Shown here piece after piece: positions 27,587-39,085 of a stretch of 64,000 nucleotides of DNA (the first letter of the stretch is position 1; the number at the start of each line of letters is the position of its first letter). The position numbers and the translations under genes are program-made. The notes below the pieces were generated by a model. That model saw only the letters and a program-made list of their open reading frames with translations. It searched no databases and had not been told where the DNA came from. The stretch comes from Pocillopora damicornis (lineage: Eukaryota), in the NCBI RefSeq assembly GCF_003704095.1, contig NW_020845054.1, forward strand, positions 62,001 through 126,000, in the 5' to 3' direction.

Positions 27587-30500
27587 ATGGGAAGCAAGTC
27601 CAAGACGAAGGCTGCGGCAGATAGCCCTGTTGCTCAAGTTTTGAACGTCAATTTGACGAATTCCAAGTTTGGATTTGTATCTAAAGCGGGATGGAAGGGT
27701 AAATCGCCTGTAAGCTCTTCTAGAAGAGTTTTTCTGGAGCCCGATTTGGACCTCCTTGGTGGGTTTGCGTTCTTATCCTTCGCGTCGCTCGATGAACTCG
27801 AAAGTCATATCGAAAGCAACGAAGCGACATCTACGGCCATCAACGTAAATGTGCGCCAGAAAAGGAAAAAAGAAGTCAGCGCTGGAATTATTGAGGAAAA
27901 ATTGGGCCTGTACGCTCCACCAAGCAAGAAAAAAGCTGCTACCGGTAAGAAAAAAGTTGCCAAGAAATCTTGTCCCTTGACAACCGACGCGTTGGTATTG
28001 TCAAGGGAGAAAACCGACACTGCCTCAGCCGCGAGCGCGTTTTTAAATGATCGAGAGCTTTCTCAATCTATCCCAGCAAATGATTCTGGTGACGCAAGCG
28101 AAAACAATGATCTGTCTTTGAGCGTTTTCTCCGAAATTTCGCTTTTGTGCTCCGAAACTGTGGATTTAGGGGATGATGAAGATTCACAACAGGACGTAAA
28201 CCAAGCTTCTGCAAAATCTGTGGCTACTAAGAATGTAGAAGATGTTGTAGCTGACTTATCAGCTTCTGGTAAGGTGAATGAGGTTGAATCAGAAGGGGTT
28301 GGCACATCATCTGATTTGATTCTTAGAAAGAAAACGAAGAAAAAAAGGAAACATGAACATTGTGATCAAACAAGTCAAACCAAATTTAGAATAAAGAAAC
28401 GAGGGAAACACGAATCAAAAGTCCCAGATACAGAGAGAACCCAAAAAGAAAATACAGAGAACTTAGGAGATGATGATAGTCTTACATTACAAGATGTGGA
28501 AAATGTACAATTTGAAGGCAGCAATAATGAAGAGGGAAAGAAGACTCAAGGGCCATCATCATTGTTAAAACCAAAAATGGAAAAATCCTGGAGTGCACGA
28601 ACCATAGCATGGCCTATTAGAGGTGGTTTTTGGAAAAATAAACAGAACACTTCTGAGTCAGTGGGTGCTCTGCAGTCACTGAATTTGACTAGTAATTTAT
28701 CTTCTGAGCTAAGTCTACCCAAAGAGGGGCCTGGGGCAGAGAAAATTTCACAGGATGTTTTAACACCAATCAGCAGTGACCAAGAAGTTGATATTGGTGA
28801 CGAAACAACAACCATCAGTGTTTTTTCTGATTTGAGTGACAATTCCTCAGAAACAGACACAATTGATGGTAGTGGTTGTTTTCTCTTGAATAATAAGATC
28901 CAAAAGGTTGAAAAAGAAGAATCAGAGAAGGGAACAGAAGTTACAGAAGTTGACATTGAAACAGTTGGGAGAGAAACAAGTAAGAACTTTCTTGTGGTGA
29001 GTGGCGTGGAGGCCAGTCACTTCAGTTACCACCCTGGAATGACCAAAGATGGAACAATTGATACATCAATTCAAGCATGGCCAAATGAGATTGACATTTT
29101 CTTGCAATGTGCCAAAATGCAGGAAGGGGAGGTGATCAAGATAATTAAACCTGATGATTCTGAAGACTTACACTCCCATATGTCACAGAAAAATGGTCGT
29201 GATCCAAACACTGTTAAAGCAACAAGGAGTGCCACGGAAAGAAAGCGGCGTCACCACCTGGGTGATCTGTTCAATGACATGAAGGTGGAGGTGTTTACTG
29301 ACCTTGTTGATGTAGACTTGTACTTTAGCAAACAAGCTATTCTCAGCAAAGGAATCAGTACAGTGGAAGAATTAGCAAAAGAGTCAAGAGATTTAATTAA
29401 CACAAAAAATGAGCTTATAAAAGCTAACAAAGAACTTCAGGAGAAAAGAAATTTACTAATGTTTGGAAAAATTTCAATTAATGTTGATCCTGCAAAGGTT
29501 GATGCCATATTAAAGCACCTCAACATTACTGTAGAGGAAGAAGATGTCTCAAAATCAGAAGAAAATTTGAACAGGAAACAAGATGTAGCTGTGATAGCAA
29601 GTAACGAATCTAAAGGTGCAATGGAACCTTGTGTCAAGGGTCGTCCACGGGCAAAGAAGACATTGCTGTCTCCTGTGGCATGGATTTCCAATATCAGTAA
29701 CAAACCAGCACTGAAAAACAGAGAAGAACCACAAAGCTTAAGAGTTCCTCCAAAGAAAACTACTATAGAGGGTGCTTTGGAAACATCAAAAGATATTTTA
29801 GGTTTAGTGGCATCCTCCACAGAGACATCACCTTCAGTCAATTCAAATGCATCATGCGAAAGTCAAAGTCAGAAAGTGGGTCAAGATCAATCAAAATTAT
29901 TCACCCACCTGCCACATATTTTCTTGACAGACAGCAGCACAGCAAAAAGCAAGCCATCCCTGGAATCAACCAGTCAAGAGGAACAAAAGGCAAATTTGGT
30001 GAAAATTTTGCCCAAGCCAGGTATTCCTATTCTTCAGTTACATCCAACTCAGCAGAAAGTGATCATGGAAACTCTTGGACAGGTGAGGCAGCCATCCAGC
30101 GATAAAATTATTTGCAATCTCTCACGGTTGAGTACCCAGCAGAATCCCAGCAGTTCTACTGGAATTCGAATCATTAGGAGTGATGGCCCATTCATGAATA
30201 ACCTAGAAAGTAAGAATGTTATGCATTTCACCATTACTGGTACAAATAATACTTCAAAAAAAGCAGATGAAGTCAGTTTGAACACTTCTTTGGCATCCAC
30301 ATTGACAACAAGTCAGCAAGTTTCAGCAACCCCCAGTGTAAAGATGCCAAATTTTGTCACAGGAGGGACTGCTAAAATACCTGAAGTCTCTGGAATCCAG
30401 ACACCTGCTGTGCAAAAACATGTCAAGAGTGCACTCTTAGTTTCCAAGCTTCCTCTGATACCTGAAAATGCAGAGGGTGCAATTTTAAACACTTCTTTGG

Positions 30501-31807
30501 GAACCACATTGACAACAAGTCAGCAAGTTTCAGCAACACCCAGCTTAACGGTGTCAAATTTTGTTACAGTAGGGGCTGCTAAAATACCTCAAGCACTTGG
30601 GATTTCAACATCACCCGTAGCACAAAAAAATGATGAAAATACAGTCTTAGTCTCACAGATTCCTGTAAAACCTTTACCAACAGCACAAGTTATCATTGAT
30701 GGAAAACAGTATGGTGTGTTAACTTCAACCAGCAACACACCAACTTCTGACATTGCACTGAGAGCACTAGCTTCTCTTAACCAATTACAAGCCAACAAGG
30801 TCCCTCAAGCAGGAACAGTTACAAGCCCAGCAAGTCTGACTTTAACTCCTGTAGCTGGAATCTTAAGTGGTCTAAAAAATGTTGTAATGAAAGTAGTTCC
30901 TAGGCAACCTGACACTTGCTCGTCAACAACTGACTTGCCAACAGTATCCATGGCTACAGGCACACCAAAATTTCAGGGCAGCCAAGTTCACCTGACATCT
31001 TCAAAACAAACTTTTTCATCCACAACAAAACACCCACAGATCTCTGTTATACCAATAATTCCTATTTCTAGTTCTTCTCCTCTGAACACAAGTCTCTCAT
31101 CATTAACTCAAAATTCCTTGCCATCTTCTCCAAGTACAAGTACCAATAGTACCAATAGTGGTGCTAATGTACCTCTGATTAAAACATGTTTAGATCCATT
31201 CAATCTAGTTCCAAAACAAATTGCAGCATCAAGTCCACTTGCGTCAAGCCCACCCATTTCAAGCTCCACCTGTACAGCCACTCTTCTGTCCACGCCTGTT
31301 GTGTCAACACCCATTGTGGCATCTACAACAGTGTCTGTAGAGCCAAGTCATGCCACTACTGCCTTAGATTTGGGAACTACTGAAATCAATAATCAAGTGG
31401 ATGACTTGGTAAGAACTGCTCAAAGTTCTCCCAAGATTCCTGATGATATATTTAAAGAAGAATCATTACATTCTTCAACAGTTTTGACCCAGGAGATGCT
31501 ACAAATACCAGGCTTAGAGCAAAATCCAGATGTGCCCCTGGCAAAACTGCCAGAGGTTATTGAAAATCTGGTTGATTTGGACAAGAACACAGATGATGAA
31601 AAATCACCAGATCCTTTAAGTGAGTCTGAGGAAAGCCACTCTAAAGAATCACCAGTTTGTGGTGTAACCAGGTCACTGCATGCTTCAGGAATACAAGTGG
31701 ATAAAACCTCAGTCTCTGCATGGAGTTCTTTCAATGTGAAAAAAGCCACCAGCCCACTAAAAGTGGAAATCAAAGACTTCAGAAAAGGTAATATTTCTGA
31801 ATTTTAG
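27587..31807 (+). CDS. MGA: MGA-like (MAX gene-associated) bHLH-ZIP protein, intronless CDS, no T-box (~1406 aa)
   Basis: A single 4.2-kb ORF with first ATG at 27587. Myc-network bHLH-ZIP (TRSATERKRRHHLGDLFNDMK...SKQAILSKGISTVEEL...L..NKELQEKRNLL) at ~29220-29460. N-terminal PDLDLLGGFAFLSFASLDELESH resembles a conserved MGA block as I recall it. EVDIETV is Myc-box-IIIb-like. The C-terminal half is Ser/Thr-rich. Confidence 0.72.
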   Translation: MGSKSKTKAAADSPVAQVLNVNLTNSKFGFVSKAGWKGKSPVSSSRRVFLEPDLDLLGGFAFLSFASLDELESHIESNEATSTAINVNVRQKRKKEVSAGIIEEKLGLYAPPSKKKAATGKKKVAKKSCPLTTDALVLSREKTDTASAASAFLNDRELSQSIPANDSGDASENNDLSLSVFSEISLLCSETVDLGDDEDSQQDVNQASAKSVATKNVEDVVADLSASGKVNEVESEGVGTSSDLILRKKTKKKRKHEHCDQTSQTKFRIKKRGKHESKVPDTERTQKENTENLGDDDSLTLQDVENVQFEGSNNEEGKKTQGPSSLLKPKMEKSWSARTIAWPIRGGFWKNKQNTSESVGALQSLNLTSNLSSELSLPKEGPGAEKISQDVLTPISSDQEVDIGDETTTISVFSDLSDNSSETDTIDGSGCFLLNNKIQKVEKEESEKGTEVTEVDIETVGRETSKNFLVVSGVEASHFSYHPGMTKDGTIDTSIQAWPNEIDIFLQCAKMQEGEVIKIIKPDDSEDLHSHMSQKNGRDPNTVKATRSATERKRRHHLGDLFNDMKVEVFTDLVDVDLYFSKQAILSKGISTVEELAKESRDLINTKNELIKANKELQEKRNLLMFGKISINVDPAKVDAILKHLNITVEEEDVSKSEENLNRKQDVAVIASNESKGAMEPCVKGRPRAKKTLLSPVAWISNISNKPALKNREEPQSLRVPPKKTTIEGALETSKDILGLVASSTETSPSVNSNASCESQSQKVGQDQSKLFTHLPHIFLTDSSTAKSKPSLESTSQEEQKANLVKILPKPGIPILQLHPTQQKVIMETLGQVRQPSSDKIICNLSRLSTQQNPSSSTGIRIIRSDGPFMNNLESKNVMHFTITGTNNTSKKADEVSLNTSLASTLTTSQQVSATPSVKMPNFVTGGTAKIPEVSGIQTPAVQKHVKSALLVSKLPLIPENAEGAILNTSLGTTLTTSQQVSATPSLTVSNFVTVGAAKIPQALGISTSPVAQKNDENTVLVSQIPVKPLPTAQVIIDGKQYGVLTSTSNTPTSDIALRALASLNQLQANKVPQAGTVTSPASLTLTPVAGILSGLKNVVMKVVPRQPDTCSSTTDLPTVSMATGTPKFQGSQVHLTSSKQTFSSTTKHPQISVIPIIPISSSSPLNTSLSSLTQNSLPSSPSTSTNSTNSGANVPLIKTCLDPFNLVPKQIAASSPLASSPPISSSTCTATLLSTPVVSTPIVASTTVSVEPSHATTALDLGTTEINNQVDDLVRTAQSSPKIPDDIFKEESLHSSTVLTQEMLQIPGLEQNPDVPLAKLPEVIENLVDLDKNTDDEKSPDPLSESEESHSKESPVCGVTRSLHASGIQVDKTSVSAWSSFNVKKATSPLKVEIKDFRKGNISEF

Positions 31808-32321
31808 TTTCATACATATTTTAATTAGTACCCAATTTCCTCTTACACTTTGTTTGTGAGTGCAAAAAGTGAAATGCATGTCTTCAAATAACTAGGTACA
31901 AGTTCTGTGGAATCTAAGTGGAAAATCATAACTGAGGTAATCAATTGATCCATATATGTGGGTTTTTAACTTAATGGGTTACTAAGAAAATGGTAAGAAG
32001 TGTGTTAGCATGCCAAAAGTGAGAACAGAATTTTGGATAGTTACAACAAAGAAGGTCCTGTTTACTGTATGGTACAATAGTTTGGGTTAAGAGTTAGCAC
32101 CTCGAAAATAACTTTTACTTTGACTGCTTTTTGCATGAATTGTGGTGTGAGTAATCAACGACCTTTATTCAATAATTTTCTTTCAGTTTCATCCTCAGTT
32201 AGAAAGGAAAGTACCCTACCAGAGTGAGGTTGATTAAAGAAATATTGAGAGTGAATTCAAAGCAATTTCAAATATGGATCAAGTACTTGACATGTTTTGC
32301 CTCTTGCAAGTGATAGAGTCA

Positions 32322-32528
32322 GAGACTTTAACCCTGACATCAGTATGCATATTCTCCATACTGTTCTCTTTACATCTCTTGAAGTGCTGACCAGAAGAAT
32401 TTGTTTAACAATCAAGAGTGTCTTTAAATTAGTGGTCGTCCCCTTTAGTTTCATAACCCTAATGTGTGATTTGAGTTAACATTGTGCTGAGAAATTGGAT
32501 GCTAGTCACTCTTAGGGTTAAAGGGTAA
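32322..32528. mobile_element. piggyBac-type MITE in the probable MGA 3' UTR
   Basis: Ends CACTCTTAGGGTTAAAGGGTAAA; similar to the 49232 copy. Confidence 0.6.
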
Positions 32529-34634
32529 AAGGAAAGTATATTTTTAGTTGATATGTTGCAAAATGGTTCTCAATTCCCTTTTTTTCCTTGTTTTCCATTC
32601 TTTTTTTTTTTTTTTTGTCACAGCAGTGACGAAAGCAGCTTTGTTTATTGAGCCCAATAACATGAAATTTCATCAGCAAGATGTTATTCATAAGAGGCCT
32701 TATTTTTCCTTGAAAATTAGAGGTGGCTATTATTTTCTTAAAGGAATATTTTGATGAATGATGGATAAGCACCTAGGTTTCCAAAGTTCTTAAATAGGAA
32801 ATAGGTAAAAAAGGCTAATTCTCTTAAAGCCACAATGATTTTATTATTTGTGTAACATGATACAAAACCACTCCTCTTTCTGATCTCCATTCCACACAAC
32901 CCACTAATTTCTGCTAAATTACAATTAGTTTTATCAGTAAAACATAGTGGTATAAAGCTCAGGTGTTAAAAGATATTATAAAGAGTTCTTCTTGTTGCAT
33001 TAAAAAGAAAATTACGCAGCTTAATGGTTCATGAAAGAGCAAACAGTATTGACAATGCATGACAGTTAGGTAAAATACCTTTCAAGGGTTATGTGATGTA
33101 AGTGAAATATTTAATACACTGTTAAACCTTCCATTTAATCTTGCCATCATGAGACAACTCTGCTATTTACTGTGTTAAAACAAACTGAAATTGATATAGA
33201 TATGTATGTAATGAAAGATAAAGTTAGGGAAAGAGTAGTTAACACAAAGCTGCATGTTCAAACAGTTTACAGTGACTTGGTTACCAATTTGTTTCTTTTC
33301 TAGAATTGTTTTAGTAGGAAGTAAATGGTTATTTGATAAACAGGTGAAGGCCTTGTTGCAAAAGGTTTTTAAGCCTGTAGTTAAATTTTGGGATTTTGTT
33401 GCCTTCATCCTTATAAACACCTGCTGGCACAATAATTTTCCTCCCCCTGATTCAATTTGAAGTTGGATTGCTCTTAAAGGTAGCAAGGAATGTTGCTCTC
33501 AGCAAGTCAAGCAGGGAAATTATTGTAGAGAGGATGGCAGCAACTTCTCTGATAACAAGTATTTAGGAGGGTATACTACTGTACTTGCAGTCATCAGTGA
33601 CATTAAGTTGTTGGTATAGCACTAGTGCTGATAAATGTGAAGATTTCTTTTGTATAACAAAGAAATTAATTTAATTTCATCATTATCATTATTTTTGAGT
33701 GTGTGGTAGAGAAATACAAATTTAGTAGCCATGTCAACTCTGTAAATTTCAGTACAGGTATATAAATAAAAGAGTGAAAAGACATTTTGTTTAAAGACAA
33801 TGTATTTTTTTGTGCAATATTTAACTATATAATTTGTCTAGTGTTTTAGTGTAAATAGCCCCTAATTATCAATTGTATCTCATTGGTGAGGGGGAGAGGG
33901 GGCAGGTTTTATTTCACCTGTTTTAATTGGTGAATTAAAGGGGGAAGTGAAGCTCATTGGCCCTTTTTATCCAGCAATAATCCTGGTGCTCACTAAATTC
34001 AGTCAGAGAATCAGTCAAATGAAATAAATTTATCATGTAAAGATTCTTTTTATTAATAACATGTTTTACTGACAGAGTTAAAATAAATAAGTTTAAATAA
34101 GCACTAACCTTTGTTTATTTTTTCAATAACTTAGCAAGGAAAATCGTAAACTAATCATGTATCCATGCAGTCACTCAGGAAATTCTCGTATTTAAAAAAA
34201 AAAATGTCTGTCATTGAGTACCTATGACATGCAGAAGCGTTTTGTTGATGTCAATATAAAGCCAATTGAAGCTCTTTGTTACTGGGAAGTGACTAAATTG
34301 TGGGTTGTGCCAGAGGATAACAGGATAAAAGTAAGGAGTGTAATGAGGGCAACAGCACTCAACCCTGCAGATGTCACTCACATAATGGTTCATTAATGAT
34401 CTGTCCGATACAATAACTGGGTTGATGTACCATAATTCATAAAACTGTTCTTCAGTTGGCATCAATGAAATGCATTAACTTAGCACAGATGGCAGTACTT
34501 ATACTCCAGGCATTTCTTTCTGGGAATAAGCAACATTACAGTACATAGAATCCTTCAGATTTTTACTCCCACATTTTTTTACTCGTCTCCACTTGCCAAG
34601 AGCTTGGTAACTAATATTGGTATTACACCAGTTA

Positions 34635-37600
34635 TCATATTTTTCTTTCTGGGCAAAGTAGTTTTTCCCAAACTTCAGCTGGGGATTCAGATGGCTTTGT
34701 ACAAGAATTCACTATTTCAGCAAGGAGGGTAGCAGAATCCTATAACACAAAAACAAAATTGCTCTCATTAGTGAACCCTGAATATGCCATGTACATCTCC
34801 ACTTTCAAACTTGTGTTTTTAACCATTGACTTCCAAGAGTGTTTAAACAGTAATGTATCCCACAATCCCATTACTATGGCAAGCAGAAATATCAATTAGA
34901 GGATTATTAGTTGATCCAATACCAAATTCTCTGAACTAACAATATAAGAATTGTATGGTAGAGAATTAAATAAGATCTTGGGAGTAAAAGGGTTAGAACA
35001 GACACATGGATATGTTGAACCTGCTCAAGGGTCATGGAATGTCATAGAATTTGATCATTTTGAAAGAGTACATCCCTACATTAAACTTGCCTTGTGATAC
35101 AAATGTAACTGAAGTCTCTCTTCAAACTCAGCTCTCTTTGCTATCTCCACTTTTCTTTTCAAAAAAGTCTTGCTTGCAACACTAGCCTTCATTTTCCTTA
35201 ATAGAAAATTCAGAGAAGAGAGAAGTTATTCCCTCGTCACAGAAATGAACTACCAGTTCTGGAAAAATGAACAAGGAGCTTGTCAACCCTTATATGCAAA
35301 AAGTAGGATTACCTGCAGTCAGTGCAGTGTTTAGGATTGTGGAAGTCCCATTCTTTAAGCTGTAAGCAAAACATTAAATATCAGAAATCTAGTTGAACGT
35401 TTACCCAACATTCTCAATTAAGGGCCCATTTTAAGACTTAATGCACATTAGAAATCAAATAAAGGAAGGGAGGCATTCATTCCTGATGGGTTCCTTTGGT
35501 TTTTTTTTTTCAAAATCCTGGCAAGATGAATTCAAATCTATCCTGAATTTAGTCTTAACACCAAGACAACAACTGCTGGCTAATTCATAATTTTCTGTAT
35601 TCTCACTGGTATTGATAACCACTTCTGGGAGTGAAATAGGTCATCTCATAAACATGGACAATGTTTTGGTTTCAGAGGGTGTATATTTCCTCTAGAAGAT
35701 TTTATAATGATGAAAAATTCACTTAAACACCACCATTACACTAACCTTTTTTGCCTTGTTCATCAAGTTCTCAATCATTAAATTTTCAATCTTTCTTCTG
35801 TTACCCTCAATGGGTTTATCTTGTCCATGTGACATCCCTTTTGCCTTTGCCATCACTCTCTGGTCAGCTGATTACAAAAAAGAGTTGTGCTTGTGACAAT
35901 TTACCATCACCAAAATCAACTTGATGGAACTCTTTATTATTAGCACAGTTTACCCAGACCCTATGATTCAAAGATACCAGGAAAGCACTCAAGTGTACAC
36001 AAAGTTAATTTTCCAATAAAAGGGGGTTGGGTTGGAGCTTAAACCTAGTAGGGGACTTATGTCCTATTGTTTTTGCTCAGTTACTGCTTTGTACAAATCC
36101 TTAAATAAATAAATAAAAGTCTTCTTCAGGCTCAAACTGTAACCTTATCAACAGAGTACTGCACTCTAACCCAGGGTTCATACTTGTCAGTAGTATGATT
36201 CACAACTGTTCATCTCAATGTCAGTAAATAGTGGTGGATATTTACCACACTGCAAAGTGGCAAGTTAAATATCCACTTCTTTCACTGATACCAAGGTGAT
36301 ACAGACACTGACACTGATGTACTACAGAAATATCACAATTAGTTTAATTCTCCAAACATAGCAAAAAAATGTTCAGGAATTAAACTCTTGATGCACAATT
36401 TTCTCTCTCCTGCTGCTCATAGTTGAACAGTTCTTGCTAATCACTTTTCAACTTGGCCACCTAAATATTTTTAGTTTTAACTACACAACTTAATTTTGTA
36501 ACACTTTTTTTGAAGACAGATTGCACTCACAGTGTCCTATTCCAGTTCTCTTTCCATTTGTTTCCACCAATTCCAATTTCCTTGCACAGAAGTTGATTTC
36601 CTGACAGTTTTGGGCTGAGAGGTTAAAAACAGAATTCAAATCTCTTTGTCCTGCAATAGTTCAGACAGCAGCAGGGAGATATACTCATCTTAGTTTTGTC
36701 AAAAGGTGCTCTGCCTTCCTCATCACCCTCCATACACCACTTTTAACCAAATTGATTACGTCTCCCACACAATATAGAAATCAAACTCTGTAATGACTAT
36801 AGTTCCAGAAAGTTTCACGATAACCCTTAAAGCTTCTCTTCTCGGCCAAATAATAAATTTTCACACAATCTCTCTGCCGAGAACATAGTCAGCCGTTAAC
36901 TAGCCACCTGAAGGAATTTATTTTACTAAACAACTGACCGGGCATAATGAAGAATGGGATTACACGGAAGTCGCGCCACAAACTTCTCAGTGATTGTGAT
37001 TGTAAAATACAGCTGTCACATCAAATTTTTGGCTTACTTGGGTTAGAGTTAGGCGCCTTTGAAAGATCGAAATATACATACCAGCAACTTTATCGTCACT
37101 TCTTCCCTCCGTGTCAGTTTGTGTCCTGGTGCATGTCTGGGATGAGGTGAGAATTTTAAACTTCTTACTTAAGAAATTGGTCCGCGCTTCGTCCTCTAAT
37201 GATCCACTATTGCCTTCATTCTGGAAGTTATTTGTACAAAAATTTAAACGTTATAGTAATGTTTTTCATTCAATCTGATTTTCTTCAAGTAAACAAAACT
37301 TTACAGAGAGGCTTAAACTTAATTCTAACTAATTCAGATAATCTTACCTCTACTGTAAAGTCTCCCTCGCTAAAATCGGCAACTAATTCAAACTCATCAG
37401 AAAAATCTGGTTCTTCTGTTATCGTATTTGCTGATTCATTTGCGGTTGTAAGTGGAGCCGTTTCACACCTTTCAGTGTATATAGTTTGAATGTCTTCCAA
37501 AGAAGTCGAAGATTCAGCAAGAAATATACTTTCTTGTCTACCCCAAACAATAGGAGAGCCTTTAGGGTCAGCTACTTTAGTTTCTTCTGCTCTTGCAAAT

Positions 37601-37683
37601 CTTTCATCCTCATAAGAATGTCCAAATTTGCTTTCCGACTTCGGAGAGGAAGAGTTGTCATGTTCGCTATCGGATGTGGCCAT
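34635..37683 (-). CDS. C8orf48/DUF4606-like protein (~324 aa, 7 exons)
   Basis: Exons 37348-37683, 37082-37220, 36531-36650, 35746-35867, 35313-35359, 35091-35196, 34635-34739 sum to 975 nt in frame. The last intron is GC-AG. The C-terminal CTDC..FLKRK...EERLQLHLYHKDSATLLAEI..KPSESPAEVWEKLL resembles the C8orf48 family (from memory). The N-terminus is acidic and Ser-rich. Confidence 0.7.
34819..34996. mobile_element. Degenerate piggyBac-type MITE
   Basis: Ends GATCTTGGGAGTAAAAGGGTTAG; located inside the GC-AG intron. Confidence 0.55.
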
Positions 37684-39085
37684 TAACAGTCATATTGAGA
37701 GCGAGATCTCTCCGGATGGGGAGTGGGGTAGTATTTTACGCATGATTGCAGATGTGACACGTGTGAAACGTGGTTTGTTCCACTTTTACACGTTGACATT
37801 GTTCTCCAAGTTGTAAACAAACAACTCAAGTCACAACATGACCTTGTCAAAAACATGGCCTATAATAGGCTTGTCCTAATTTTAGCGATGAAGGTTTACT
37901 ACACAGGATTTGCTAGATCTAACCCTGGGAGAGCAATAAATGTTATATCTGAATAACAACCTCTAAAATAATTAAATTTCTCTAATTTTATTTCTCGTGC
38001 AAGTCAGTGAATGATGTTGGATTTCTACCGAATTGATAACTTGATAGTTTGGTTTTCGGTTTTGATAAAACTGACTCGATGATTACTCTACATACGGGTA
38101 CTCGCTAAATTTAATGGAAGGGAGGGGAGGGAGGAGAGTTTTATCCTACACGTGCGTAGTCGTATGTTACCTTCACAACTCACGAGGCTCATGCACGCGA
38201 GCAAGGAAGCGTGTCTCATTACCCTGCGACTTTTGGAAGCGTGAAGAGGTTCCAATGTTTTCGGCGCGCTACACAGATAATCGAAGTGTTCGTTTTCTAA
38301 GCGCAGGTGCATAATTTTCTCACACAAAAATGGTCACTGTCTGTCTGGATTTTAATGTGGCTCAATATCGGAAAGCATACTCAGCACAGCTGTCTGAATA
38401 ACTAGTGGGTTTTTCAAAGCAAATAAAAAGGTTTAGGCATTATTATGAGAAATATAATTTTCCCAATGCCTAAGCAATCAAGGAAGGAAAATAAAAAGAC
38501 AGTTTGCAGCTAACTGAACACCTTTTCGAAACTCTTTACTTTTTCTCGCTTCCTTCAGCACTGACAGTCGCGTGTAGCGCCCCAATACATACGCACGTTT
38601 CACGGGCTGTGTTCCCAAAACGTGACCTAATCACCTTTATCCAACATCTCCAAGTGACTTCTCCAGTAGGAAATATATTCCGCACGTGAAGCAAGCTGAT
38701 TGTTCCAAGTTTCCATCCAATAGTGTCCTGTCTGAGTTTCTCCTGGATGAGGTAGTATCGATCGGTTCTACCGTCGGCACGTGAAATAAGTTAGACATAT
38801 TCTGAAAAATAGCAGTACGAGTGAAAAAGTGAGGGAAGGAAGACGACGACGAAAACTTTAGCGGCGAACCTGGTGTGATACGAATGAAGAGCTTTGTTTT
38901 GCACCAATTCTGCAAAATTTAGGCAAGTGTACCTTAACGTCTCCAAAATTTTAACGCTAGTTATCATTTAACGCAAGTTTTAACACCGGAGTCGCCAGTA
39001 AGAAATTAGACAGAACATCTAAGCTTAATGTTGTTTTGGACAATTTGAAAAAGAGTACGTTTATTTCTTCGTCAGGTTGATCACA
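37684..39085. promoter_or_regulatory. E-box-rich divergent promoter / 5' region of the PAR-bZIP gene
   Basis: CACGTG at 37758, 38149, 38683 and 38778, plus CACGTT/AACGTG/CACGCG variants. A splice acceptor at 39075 lies just upstream of the ATG. Confidence 0.6.

Noticed and set aside
27805-31773. Multiple antisense ORFs over the MGA-like gene (similar ones overlap the PAR-bZIP, KLHL5 and MMAA genes)
   Set aside because: These are shadow ORFs of real coding sequence with no recognisable domains.
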